Shown in pieces: positions 1-10,032 of a stretch of DNA of 64,000 nt. The stretch's first letter is position 1. Every line of letters begins with the position of its first letter. The stretch is taken from the NCBI GenBank assembly GCA_963845755.1, contig CAWJTV010000039.1, positions 256,001 to 320,000 of the forward strand, written 5' to 3'. Below the pieces are notes generated by a model. The model saw only the letters and a list, made by a program, of their open reading frames with translations, did not search any database and was not told where the DNA came from. The stretch is from an uncultured Planctomycetota bacterium. Lineage in GTDB: Bacteria > Planctomycetota > Planctomycetia > Isosphaerales > Isosphaeraceae. The position numbers were made by a program, and so were the translations under genes.

Positions 1-2725
1 TCCGGTAATCGGCGGACTCCGGCCGGGCAGTCACGACCTTCTGCGCCAGCCGCAGGGCCCGGGCCGCGTCACGCAAGGAGGGCTCGGGACTCGTCACGAG
101 GAACCAGGCCAGCTCATTGTTAACGACGGGGTCGTCTCCTTCCAGTTCGAGAGCCCTGCGATAAGGCTCGGCCGCTTCGGTCTGCCGGCCGAGCCCGTAA
201 AGCAGACGAGCCAGCTCCAGGTAGCTCAGGACCAGGTTGCGCCGGTGTTCCGTGTCCTCTGCAAATTTGGCCTCGAGCGTCTCGGAAACGTGGATCACAC
301 GACGGCGGAGATCGAGGGCTTCTTGCCAGCGGCCGACGTGCTTGAGCAAATCCGCCAGATGGGGCAACGTCCGCGTCAGGTCGATCCGCGGGTGCACCGA
401 CTCGGGCAATTCCTCCACCAAGCGATCCAGCAGATCCACGGCTTTCCGGTAGGATTGCTCTGCCTCGCGCGCCTGGCCCGCCGCGACGAGGACTCGTCCG
501 AGATTGACGAAATTGCGCGCCGCGTAACGTTCGACCGAGCCCTTCAGATGGCCACCGGCGAGCACCCTTTCGTGAATCTGCACGGCCTCGCGGACAGCGG
601 CCTCGGACTCGGAGACCCGCCCCACATCCAGGAAGAACATCCCCTGGTCCCCTAGCGCGAGGGCTAATTCCGCATTGAAACTCGGGTCGTCCGGCGCGAT
701 GCGGACCCCGGCCCGGTCGAGCTCCACAATGCGGCAGTAAAGGGGATCGAGCTCGTCGGCCTGGGCCGCATTCGAGAGCAAAACGGCCGTGTTGAGCAGA
801 GTATTGGCGAGCCCTAGGTGGTACTGGGGCACCTCGGGAGACCCGCGCAAGAGCGCTTCCTGGAGCTGGGCCGCCCGGTCGTAGGCCTCACGGGCTTCGC
901 GTATCTTGCCAATGTCGCGCAGCGCGTTGCCCCGCCCTCGATGGCTGTTCGCCAGTTCCATCCGCAGCCGCTTGCTGGTCGGTTCTTCTTCCAGCAAGCT
1001 GGTCAGCAGGCTCGCCTGGTGATCCCAGGCTTCGGCCGCCTTGGCCGCCTGGCCGAGGGTGTGGTGAATCCAGGCGACCTGGCCGAAGAGCTGCGCGGCC
1101 TGTCGGCGCACGCTCGGGTCGCTGCCCTCCTCGGGAAACAGCTCCTGGTAGAATCCAAGGGATTCCACCAGTACGGCCTGCCCGGTGCGGTACATCCCCC
1201 GTTGCAGCAAAAGGTCGCTTCCCAGCACCTTCAGCCGGTCCACGTGATCGCGAACGATTTGCAGATGCCGCTCGGCGCGTGCCTTCTCCGATTGCGCCGT
1301 GTCGCGTTCCCGCCGGAAGGCGACGGCGTTTGTGCGGGCAATCTGCCACTGCCAGACAACTCCGGAGGTGCCGGCCAGGAAGACGAGCACCAGCGCGGCG
1401 AGCTGCACCGCGACGCCCGGGTTGCGGCGGCACCAGACGACGACCCGCTCGCCTGTCCCGACCGGCCGGGCCCGGACCGGCTCGCCGGCCCGGAACCGCC
1501 GGAGGTCGTCGGCCAGGTCCCGGGCGGTGGCATAACGGCGGACGGCTTCCTTCCGCAGGCACTTCAGGCAGATGGTTTCGAGGTCGCGCGGCACGGTCGG
1601 CTGGAGGTGTCGCGGCGGCACCGGCTCGTCCTGCCGCACCATGCCCAACGTCGCATCGACCGTCGCCGCCGCGAACGGCGGGCGACCGGTCAAGGCCTCG
1701 TAGAGGATGGCCCCCAGGCCGTAGACGTCCACCGCCGCCGTGACGGGCGCCGACGTGCCCGCCGCCTGCTCCGGGGCCATGTAGCTGGGCGTACCGACCA
1801 TGTCGCCGCTGCACGTCAGGTCGCTGCCGGTCATGAACTTGGCCAGGCCGAAGTCGGTGACCTTGGCACAGAGATCGGCGGACAGAGGAGGCGGCGAAGA
1901 GCATCGCGTGCCGGGCACTCCTGCGGCCTGCCCCTCCCCTTCGAGTCCTGCCCGTTGCAACAGCACGTTCGCCGGCTTCAGGTCGCGATGGATGACCCCT
2001 TGCTGGTGGGCGTAATGGATGGCGTCGGCCAGCGTTTCGACGAGCCGCGCGGCCTCGCCCGGGGGCTGGGGCGAGCTGCGCACCAGGTCCGCCAGGCTTC
2101 CCCCCGACACGTACTCCAGTACCAGGTAAGGCTGGGAAGTGGCCCCGCCCGCGGCGGGCACCTCGCCGAATTCGTGGAGCTGAACCAGGTGCGGGTGACG
2201 GAGCCGGGCGACGGCCCGGGCTTCCTGAAGAAAGCGCTCGCGCTGTCCCGAGTCGGCCAGGTGGGCGTCGCGCAGGAACTTGACCGCCACGTCGCGATCC
2301 AGCGCCACCTGCCGCGCCTTGAAGACCACCGCCATCCCCCCGGAACCCAGAAACTCCACCAGCTCCAGGCCATGGACGCCTGGCCAGTCGACCAGCCACC
2401 CCACGGGGACATCGCCGCGGCGACGCTGGGGGCGAGTGGCGGAGATCGCCATGGCCTCGGCCGCCGCTCCTAGTACGTTGGAGGGTTCGAGCCGAGCCGC
2501 GAGGCTGTAGCGCTCTCGGCAGGCTTGGTCCAGTGCGAGCAACTCCCCGGCGAGGACGGTTCGCTCGGGCCCTTCATAACTTTCGAGATAGCTCGAGACG
2601 CGTGGCGTCGCGGCGCCGGACCGCGCCGCCTTCCACGCCGTCTCGAAGCCATCGCAGACCGCATCGATCCGCGCCGCCGCTTCGAGGGAGAGCTGTTCGT
2701 ACCTGCCAGGCCGCTCGGAGTTCAT
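1..2725 (-). CDS. Hanks-type Ser/Thr protein kinase with TM segment and C-terminal TPR region (runs off window start)
   Basis: Read manually on the minus strand from ATG 2725, which overlaps the sigma factor stop (ATGA). Motifs: LGSGGMAVVFKA, VAVK, HRDLKPANVLL, KVTDFGLAK, GTPSYMAPE, and TPR-like NNELAWFLVT near position 100, all in the same frame. It is absent from the ORF track because there is no stop inside the window. Confidence 0.92.
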   Translation of the reverse strand, partial: MNSERPGRYEQLSLEAAARIDAVCDGFETAWKAARSGAATPRVSSYLESYEGPERTVLAGELLALDQACRERYSLAARLEPSNVLGAAAEAMAISATRPQRRRGDVPVGWLVDWPGVHGLELVEFLGSGGMAVVFKARQVALDRDVAVKFLRDAHLADSGQRERFLQEARAVARLRHPHLVQLHEFGEVPAAGGATSQPYLVLEYVSGGSLADLVRSSPQPPGEAARLVETLADAIHYAHQQGVIHRDLKPANVLLQRAGLEGEGQAAGVPGTRCSSPPPLSADLCAKVTDFGLAKFMTGSDLTCSGDMVGTPSYMAPEQAAGTSAPVTAAVDVYGLGAILYEALTGRPPFAAATVDATLGMVRQDEPVPPRHLQPTVPRDLETICLKCLRKEAVRRYATARDLADDLRRFRAGEPVRARPVGTGERVVVWCRRNPGVAVQLAALVLVFLAGTSGVVWQWQIARTNAVAFRRERDTAQSEKARAERHLQIVRDHVDRLKVLGSDLLLQRGMYRTGQAVLVESLGFYQELFPEEGSDPSVRRQAAQLFGQVAWIHHTLGQAAKAAEAWDHQASLLTSLLEEEPTSKRLRMELANSHRGRGNALRDIGKIREAREAYDRAAQLQEALLRGSPEVPQYHLGLANTLLNTAVLLSNAAQADELDPLYCRIVELDRAGVRIAPDDPSFNAELALALGDQGMFFLDVGRVSESEAAVREAVQIHERVLAGGHLKGSVERYAARNFVNLGRVLVAAGQAREAEQSYRKAVDLLDRLVEELPESVHPRIDLTRTLPHLADLLKHVGRWQEALDLRRRVIHVSETLEAKFAEDTEHRRNLVLSYLELARLLYGLGRQTEAAEPYRRALELEGDDPVVNNELAWFLVTSPEPSLRDAARALRLAQKVVTARPESADYR

Positions 2726-3306
2726 GGACGGCGATCCTCCAGCTCGTGTTTCCAGAGCAGGCGAATGCGGTTTACCTTGCGCTCGATGGTGCGCGGCACG
2801 CAATCCAGCCGGGTCGCGATCTCCTCGTGGGTATAGCCCTCGACTTTCCAGAGTGCGATTTGGCGCAGTTCGGGCTCCTGGAGCGAGTCCAGGAGGCGCC
2901 GGCACTCGTCGGCCAGCTCGGCGGCCTCCTCGGGTGTGGGGTCGCGGGTCAGCAACTGCGTGACGTCCTCGTTACCCGGGACCTCCGCCTGCCGATGTCG
3001 ACGGATCAGATCAATGGCCCGCGAGATGGTCCGTGTGGCCAGAAGCCGCCACAGGTCGTCGCGGTCGGCCAAGTCCAGCGGCCGCGCCTGGTCACGGAGG
3101 CGCTGGTATACGCTGTGGAAAGAGCGCAGAGCCAGATCCTCATCGTAGCCGGCCAAACCCGGCAAGTTCCGGAGCCGCTTGCTGGCCAGTCGGACCAGCC
3201 GGTCGAAGTACGCCGACAGCAGGGGGCGGACCGCCGAGCTGCTGCCGTTCTGCACGGCCCGAATAAGCCGTGTGATCGACTGGCTATCTTCAGCCGAGGA
3301 TGTCAT
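2722..3306 (-). CDS. ECF-type RNA polymerase sigma factor (planctomycete kinase-associated type)
   Basis: 194 aa with sigma2 region (YFDRLVRLA..DEDLALRSF..LWRLLATRT) and sigma4 region (EGYTHEEIATRLDCVPRTIERK); directly upstream of the kinase. Confidence 0.92.
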   Translation of the reverse strand: MTSSAEDSQSITRLIRAVQNGSSSAVRPLLSAYFDRLVRLASKRLRNLPGLAGYDEDLALRSFHSVYQRLRDQARPLDLADRDDLWRLLATRTISRAIDLIRRHRQAEVPGNEDVTQLLTRDPTPEEAAELADECRRLLDSLQEPELRQIALWKVEGYTHEEIATRLDCVPRTIERKVNRIRLLWKHELEDRRP

Positions 3307-3383
3307 GGGTTTGCTCCCCCGCGTGCTTGCCGAGAGCGATTAACGGTTGGGTTGCGCCCATTGGGGCAGGGCTGTCCGCTCTA

Positions 3384-3468
3384 CCAACCCGACGCGCCAG
3401 CGCGGGGAGTGCTCCGGAGCGGCCACCGGCATTGGAGCCGTTCCCCGCGCAGGCGCGTCGGCACTTGG
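3384..3468. repeat. REP-like palindromic element
   Basis: CCGACGCGCCAGCGCGGGGA ... TCCCCGCGCAGGCGCGTCGG imperfect inverted repeat in an intergenic position. Confidence 0.65.
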
Positions 3469-3705
3469 GATCGGGCGTGCGCAAACCGACTGTCACGTGA
3501 TCTAGGCTTAATCATACGGTCGGCGCAGGAAATATGCAGCGCCAAGTCGGGCCAGACGGGAAAAAACGCCTTTTCAGACACCCAGGGCGATCACAGACAT
3601 CCGTGCTTGACGACAGCCCCGACGAGGCCAGGTGCGTGGGTCTCTTGAATGCCCCAGCCGGGATCGGGAACGGAATTGGCGACGGCTGTCGAAGGGACTC
3701 TTCGC

Positions 3706-4716
3706 TTACCCCGCCTGGGGGCTCATGGTCAGGTCGGTCGTGAAGAAATACTCGTCCCGGTGCGTCCCAGTCCGGTCGCGGACGAAGACCCAGAGCACCG
3801 GCACCAAGGGCCGACCACCGCGATACCAGTGACCTCGGCCACTGACTACTTCCACACGGCGTCGTCCCCCTCCGTACCAAGCGACCTTCAGCACCGAGGG
3901 CTGACGGCAGTCGCGCACCACCTGGGCCGGCTTGGGCAGTGCCTTCCCCTTCTTGCGGGGACGATGGGCCGGCCGCTTGCCCGAGACCGGCGGCGACGGC
4001 TCGAACAGATTGGCGTTGGGGTAGAACTTGCTGACGAACGTCAGCCGCTTGGGGTTGGCCGTGGCCAATTCGGCCAGTTCGTGGGTCGCGTAATCGCCGT
4101 CGGCCGTGGCGAGCCACGTTCGCTCCGGGAACCAGCGGATCAGGATGCGGAGCATCTGTGCCAGCAAATCCGCCGGGGTCTTGTGCGCCCGCTTGGTAAC
4201 CCCGTCGGTCGCCTTGTCCTCGGGCCGATACAACGACACCATCAACGGCAAAGCCCAGGGCCGGCGGGAAAACGGCAAGTGGACCAGCAGGGCCAGGACG
4301 ACCCACTTGTGTCCCCAGCGGAAGGCGGTGAACGAGTGAGTGGAACGGACGGGATCGCGGTGACACCCTTTGCCGTAGACCCGGGGCCCGGGATGTTCGG
4401 TGACGGTATCGTCGCCGACCACGGGCACGAGGCCCTGGGGTGCGAATCGCGCCAGCACGGCGGCGATGTATCGCCTCGCCAGGGTGCGGGAGGACCAGCG
4501 GCGCTGGGAGAAGATGCGGTGATAACTACTCGAATGACCGGGGGCCGAGCCGCCGAGGCATCGGAGCAGATTGGAGAGAGTGCGTCCGCCCACCGTGAGG
4601 ATGGCGGCCAGCGCCAGCAGAACCCACCGGCGGTAGACGGTGCGGCGAAAGGCCGGTTGCAGGGGGTCGAAGAGGGCGCGGACCGGCGCGGGGAGTTGGT
4701 CGTGATTGCGGTCGAT
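3706..4716 (-). pseudogene. IS701-like DDE transposase, 3'-truncated and with a MITE at its 5' end
   Basis: Motifs VVGDDTVTEHPG..VYGKGCHRD, WGHKWVVLA, ADGDYA, DEYFFTTD. The frame stops just after TTDLTMSPQ, before the expected RW..E..F region carrying the third catalytic residue. Confidence 0.75.
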
Positions 4717-4839
4717 AGAGTCTGTCCCAGAAGGGCGAGCGGTGGGCGTCAGCCCCCTGTCCGGTGAGCGACGGACCTCCAAGACAGGGGGGCTGACGCC
4801 CCCCGTTCGCACGGACCGGCCCCTTCTGGGACAGACTCT
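4717..4839. mobile_element. MITE (~123 bp) with perfect 19-bp terminal inverted repeats and an internal REP-like hairpin
   Basis: AGAGTCTGTCCCAGAAGGG (4717-4735) and CCCTTCTGGGACAGACTCT (4821-4839); TA/WTA at both junctions; internal GGGCGTCAGCCCCCTGTC...GACAGGGGGGCTGACGCCC. Confidence 0.75.
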
Positions 4840-5071
4840 TACCGTCCCCACTCGCTACCGGGCTCGGCTGAGGTCGCTGATAAATTTTATCATAATATGA
4901 CGATTTTATCGACGGGATCTTTCAACGCGCCGAGTTCAGGTGAGCTGGGTAGCGTGTCAGGCGCATGTAGCGCTGAGCGCGTCGGTCGGATCGACCGACA
5001 GGCCCGACGAGTATTCCCGTGGCCGGACGCCTTTCTACACACTTGTTGCCATCGATTGGTGAACGACTACG

Positions 5072-6050
5072 TTACCGCGTGTATCGCCCGACGAACGCCA
5101 CGGCCTGTCGCAAGAGTTCCTCGACCTTGGCTCGATCGATGTTGCCCAGTCCGTGGCCGCCGTCGGGGACGGAGATGAACTGATGCGGCACGCCGTGCCG
5201 CGTGAGTTCCCGGTCCATGAGGACGGATTGCTCGTGGGGGACGTCCGTGTCCTTGGTCCCGTGGATCAGCAGCGTGGGCGGATGCTCGGGCGACACCCTC
5301 CGCACCGGGCAGAACCGGTCGAAGGCCCGCGGCTCGGTGATCGGGTCCAGGCCGACGACCTCGCGGGGCCAGAGGCCGTTCTGCCGGCAATAGAGGTAGT
5401 ACCGCGCCCGCCGGTTCCCGGGTAGGGGCTCCGCGATGGCGGCCTGACCGACCGTCGCCAGGGCCTCGGATTCGGCGACCAGCGGCTGGCGACGGTAGAA
5501 GGCGTCGGGACGGCTGTACCAGTCGCCGACGATGTCGCCGTATCCCCAGAACGAGACCAGCGCCACCGGACGCGGCTCGATGAGGAATCCGGTGCAGAGG
5601 GTCAGGTAGCCGCCGGCCGAGCCGCCCAGCACGGCGATGCGTTCCGTCCGTCGCGCCGAAGGCTTTTGGCCCTTCCGACCGGATCCAGCCGAAGGCGTCG
5701 CGGACATCGTCGAGGATCCCCGAGAGCTTCGTCTCCGGCGCCAAGCGATAATCGATCGAGACCAGCGCGTGGCCCGCATTGACCAGCTCGTCTCTCAGGG
5801 TCCGATCGATCCCGCGACGATCGCCCATGATCAGCGCCCCGCCGTGGATCCAGACGGCGACCGGCAGACGTTCGCGCGAGTCGCGCCGGATCACATCGGC
5901 CTTGAGGGCGCAATCACCGACCGTCTTGTAGGTGAACGTCTCCCGCCGGATCGCCGCCGCCGTCGACGACCTCAACGTGGATCCGGCCGCCGCCATCCCC
6001 GTTGTGACCGCCCCGCGCAGGAACCCGCGCCTTCCCAGATTCGCTGCCAT
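5072..6050 (-). CDS. Tat-exported alpha/beta hydrolase (HSL/BD-FAE-like esterase); frameshift near 5650
   Basis: RRGFL Tat motif, WIHGGAL, SIDYRLAPE in one frame; GGSAGG nucleophile elbow, HGTKDTDVP and GGHG in the next frame. Confidence 0.85.
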
Positions 6051-6235
6051 GGCCAACTCTCCTGATTTGGGTGGAATATCGGACGCGCTCCAGTCTCACG
6101 TCAACCGTAGCACTGACGGACAATACCTGTGAAGATGGTTCGTCGCTCAGCGGACCAGGAGGGGCGGAAGGCGGATTCCTCCGCTGAGCTTGCGAACTCG
6201 ACCAAGCAGCGGCGCGGGCGAAGTCCCTCGGGAAG

Positions 6236-6315
6236 AGGCCGAAGTCGAGGATCTTGGCGAAGCCGGGGAGGTTGACTCGGCGGACGGCGCAGAGGTTCGC
6301 GGGGGGCAGGTCGCG
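6236..6315 (-). pseudogene. Short relic of a Ser/Thr kinase catalytic loop and DFG region
   Basis: Minus-strand translation RDLPPANLCAVRRVNLPGFAKILDFGL resembles RDxKPAN...KILDFGL with plausible spacing. Confidence 0.45.
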
Positions 6316-6408
6316 GCCCGGCGGGTTGACATGCGAGGATCGCGGCGCGATCTTGTGTAGAGGTTTCACCAACGTTCACCACCCACCACGGAGCCGGGGA
6401 GCAAGCTC

Positions 6409-7864
6409 ATGAATCGGCGCGAATTCCTCCAAGTCGGGGCGGCTTCGAGCGGGTTGGTCCTTTCGGGTTCGGGCGAGCCAGCCCCGGCCGCGGCATTCAC
6501 CGCACCCGGGACGAAGCGAGTCGGGCTGATCGGCTCGGGCTGGTATGGCAAGATCGATCTGCTCCGACTCCTCCAGGTGGCCCCTGTCGAGGTTGTTTCC
6601 CTGTGCGACGTTGACACGAAGATGCTCGCCGAGGCCTCCGAAATCGTCGCGACGCGCCAGGCCTCGAAAAAGAAGCCTCGGACTCATACCGACTACCGCG
6701 AGATGCTCAAGGAGAAGGACCTTGATATCGTCCTGATCGCCACGCCCGACCACTGGCACGCCCTGGCGATGATCGCCGCCGTGGAGGCCGGGGCCGATGT
6801 CTACGTCGAGAAGCCGATCAGCGTGGATGTGGCCGAGGCCCAGGCCATGCTGGCCGCGGCGCGCAAGCATCGGCGGATCGTTCAGGTGGGAACCCAGCGC
6901 CGTAGCACGCCCCACCTGATCGAGGCCCGCGATCGGATCGTCCGAGAAGGCAAGCTCGGGAAGATCGGCCTGGTCGAAATCTATTGCTATTATCACATGC
7001 GTGCTCGAGGCAACCCGCCCGACACCCGTCCGCCCGATTATCTCGATTGGGAGATGTGGACCGGGCCGGCCCCCATGCGGCCGTATAATCCGATCGCCCA
7101 CCCCCGCGGCTGGCTGCGCCTTCATGGAGTACGGCAACGGGATCGTGGGGGACATGTGCATCCACATGTTCGACATGGTTCGCTGGATGCTCGGCCTGGG
7201 GTGGCCTAAGCGGATCAGCTCGACGGGTGGCATCCGGGCGGACAAAGCCAGCAAGGCGAATATCCCCGACACGCAGAGTGTCACGTTCGACTTCGGCGAC
7301 CTGACAGTCAACTGGCAACATCGCACGTGGGGCGCCCCGGCGGATCCGACGTACCCTTGGGGAGCGACGTTCTACGGCGACAAAGGGACGCTCAAGGAGA
7401 GCGTCTTTGGGTATGACTTCATCCCGATGGGTGGGGGCACCCCCATCCACAGGGATGTCACGTACGAGTTGGAGCAGTACCCCGAGGACAAGACCGAGAA
7501 GGACCTGGAGAAACACATCGCGCCGGCGACCCGCGGGCACATGAAGGACTTCCTCGCGGCGATCGCCTCGCGGGGGACTCCGGTGGCCGACATCGCGGAA
7601 GGCTACATCTCCACGACGAGTTGCCTCCTGGCCAACTTGTCGTTGCAGCTCGGCAGGACATTGACCTGGGACCCGCAGGCCGGCAGAGTCCTCGGCGATG
7701 AGGAGGCGAACCGTCGGCTGACCCGCCCTTATCGCTCTCCCTGGACCCATCCCGCCGCGGCAAACGCGGGAGGAGACCGACACCCGAGCGAACGCGGGAG
7801 TCTACGTTTATCAGTCACCCCGGGTGCGGCACCGATGATCGTTGACGGGTCGCATCCGCGCTGA
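6409..7864 (+). CDS. Tat-exported Gfo/Idh/MocA family oxidoreductase; frameshift near 7115
   Basis: NRREFL, GLIGSGWYG, IATPDHWH, YVEKP, QVGTQRRS; continues in the next frame as AFMEYGNGIVGDMCIHMFD. Confidence 0.9.
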
Positions 7865-8145
7865 GCCGCGGATTGGAGGCAAGACGTCGTCCGTTCTCGC
7901 TCGGGTTGCTCCCGACAGCGATCAAGATCGCGTACCCGTTCACAGCCCGAGGGTGGCAGTCCTTCACGATTGAGGTTCGGCAGCATGAAAGCCGGCCCAA
8001 CCGCCTTTGGGCCAGAAGCAACGCCGGAGGGCACGTCGGTGTCGTCGGACGGACTCGCAGCCAACCGGCTGCACGGACCGCCACGGATTGGCGTCAGGGA
8101 GCATTCCGCTGACAGGCGAGACATGCGGGACCGAAGGGGACTCCA

Positions 8146-8511
8146 ATGGCAGCTCAGGCTGACGTTCGCCACATTGCCCTCTCGTTGCCCGAGACCGAAG
8201 AGGCAAAGGACCACTTCGCCTTCTCCGTTCGCAACAAGGGAAAACTGAAGCAATTCGTGTGGGTGTGGATGGAGCGCATCGAGCCGAAGAAGCCCCGCGT
8301 GCCGCAATCGGACGTTATTGCAGTCCGGGTCGCGAGCCTCGCGGAGAAGGACCGCATACTCGCCTCGAACCCGAGAAAGTTCTTCACGGAACCGCACTAT
8401 AACGGGTTTCCTGCGGTTCTTGTTAACCTGCCCGCCGTAACCGTCCGCGAGCTCGAGCCACTCATCACGGAGGCCTGGCGCTGCCAGGCCCCGAAGGATC
8501 TCAACGCATGA
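8146..8511 (+). CDS. MmcQ/YjbR family protein
   Basis: DVRHIALSLPETEE..FAFSVR..FFTEPHYNGFPAVLVNL..ITEAWR. Confidence 0.85.
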   Translation: MAAQADVRHIALSLPETEEAKDHFAFSVRNKGKLKQFVWVWMERIEPKKPRVPQSDVIAVRVASLAEKDRILASNPRKFFTEPHYNGFPAVLVNLPAVTVRELEPLITEAWRCQAPKDLNA

Positions 8512-8683
8512 TCGTCAACAAATCCGTACGATTCGGTGTAGAAGGCAGAAAGTTGATACTTCAAGTTAGAGCGCAGTACCATGCACGAAAGGCCGCGATC
8601 GGCGGTTTCGCCGATCGATGATCGCGATCGTACCGGATCGACCAACGCGGCCCCAATTTGGCGTTCATCCAAGGACGCGAACG

Positions 8684-9687
8684 GTGGAAGAGCAACCGAG
8701 AGTCGCCGGGGGAAGCGATCGGTTAGTCGATCGGCGTTTCCTGCTGAAGGGCGCACTGGCAGCGTGGGCGGGTGTATCTTGCCGGGCGCGGAGCCGGATT
8801 CGTCCCAGTCCCAGGAGGACCAGGAACGGAGGGCTGTCGAGGCCATCGCCGCGAAGGCGAGGCTGCGGGCGTTCGCCACGACCCGAAGCGCGCACTATCT
8901 GGGTATCGGCGATACGTCCGATGCCTTTCGGTCGCAGACGTTGCGCGACTGCGAGGCGGTGGCTGCGGATTATCTGGATCATTTCCAGTCCCGCGGATTC
9001 ACGGTCGCGATGCCGGTGACACGTTTGACGGTGGTCATTCTCACCGATGACCGCTCGCGCGGTGCGTTCAATGTCGGCATCGGAGTGCGAGGGATCCCGA
9101 TCGAGACGACGCAGCTTCTGATCCCCGCCGGCCATTACGAGCCTCAGACGAATCGGATCATTCTCGGCTTGCACGCGAGGGGCAACAGACTCGTCGAGCA
9201 TTTGGACCTGCGGCGTGTCGCCCACGAAGCAACCCATCAACTGACCTTCAACACGGGACTGCTTGACCGCCGCGGTGATGTGCCGCGATCCATCGCCGAA
9301 GGTCTCGCCGAGTACGGTGCGGTCCGCAAGACCGGCCGACAGATCGCGCCGGGGTTCCTCCACGAGGACCTGATGACCTTGCTTAGGGCGCGGCGGTCGG
9401 GTACTCCGTGGTACCCGGTCGCCCAGCTCCTGGCCGATGATCGACCCTTCCTGCTCGATTCCTTCAAGCGGCTTCAGTCGCTCGCCTACGCGCAGGCCTG
9501 GCTGCTGATCCACTGCCTGATGAACGATCGATCGCGGTGCGAGGGTTTTCGGGCCTATCTGGAGGCGATCCGGCCACGCACGGATCCGGAGCATCGACTC
9601 GACGATGCCGAGAAACATCTGGGAGATCTGGACCGTCTGGACAAAGACCTCCTGGCTTACTTTGTGGGACTGAACATGAGCGCGTGA
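8684..9687 (+). CDS. DUF1570-type zincin-like protein, probably Tat-exported; likely frameshift near 8790
   Basis: VAHEATHQLTFNTGLLDR..EGLAEY..AYAQAW. A Tat-like segment DRRFLLKGALAAW lies in the adjacent frame upstream. Start position is uncertain. Confidence 0.75.
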
Positions 9688-10032
9688 CGGAGGCCACCAT
9701 GCAGGATCCGTCCTGCCGGCTCGCTCCGTCGATCATGGTTCAAATTGATCGGTAGCGTCGTCTTCCGTAGGCTCCCTGCGCCATGCGCGCCTCTGGGGAT
9801 TCCGAATTCCGGATTCGAGATTCCGGATTCGAGATTCCCGGATCCTTCCCCTTAGGGAATCCGGAATCTCGAATCGGGAATCCCGATTGAGTTGCGGCCG
9901 AAGGCCGCGTTAGCGTCGTCCTCCGTAGGATCCCTACGCCGTGCGAGCATCTGGGGGATCCGTGATTCCGGATTCCGGATTCGAGATTCCGGATTCGAGA
10001 TTCCGGATTCGAGATTCCGGATTCGAGATTCC

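Noticed and set aside
818..2473. 551-aa plus-strand ORF, and similar long ORFs such as 19413-21650, 27800-29632, 32026-33858 and 37790-40501
   Set aside because: Antisense shadows of well-supported genes in high-GC DNA; no motifs.
7740..8140. Extended oxidoreductase tail and overlapping short ORFs
   Set aside because: No motifs; cannot distinguish a lost stop codon from non-coding DNA.
9738..9747. GTTCAAATTG matching the inner part of the IS1 right IR
   Set aside because: Only 10 bp and lacks the terminal GGACACCACC; compatible with chance.
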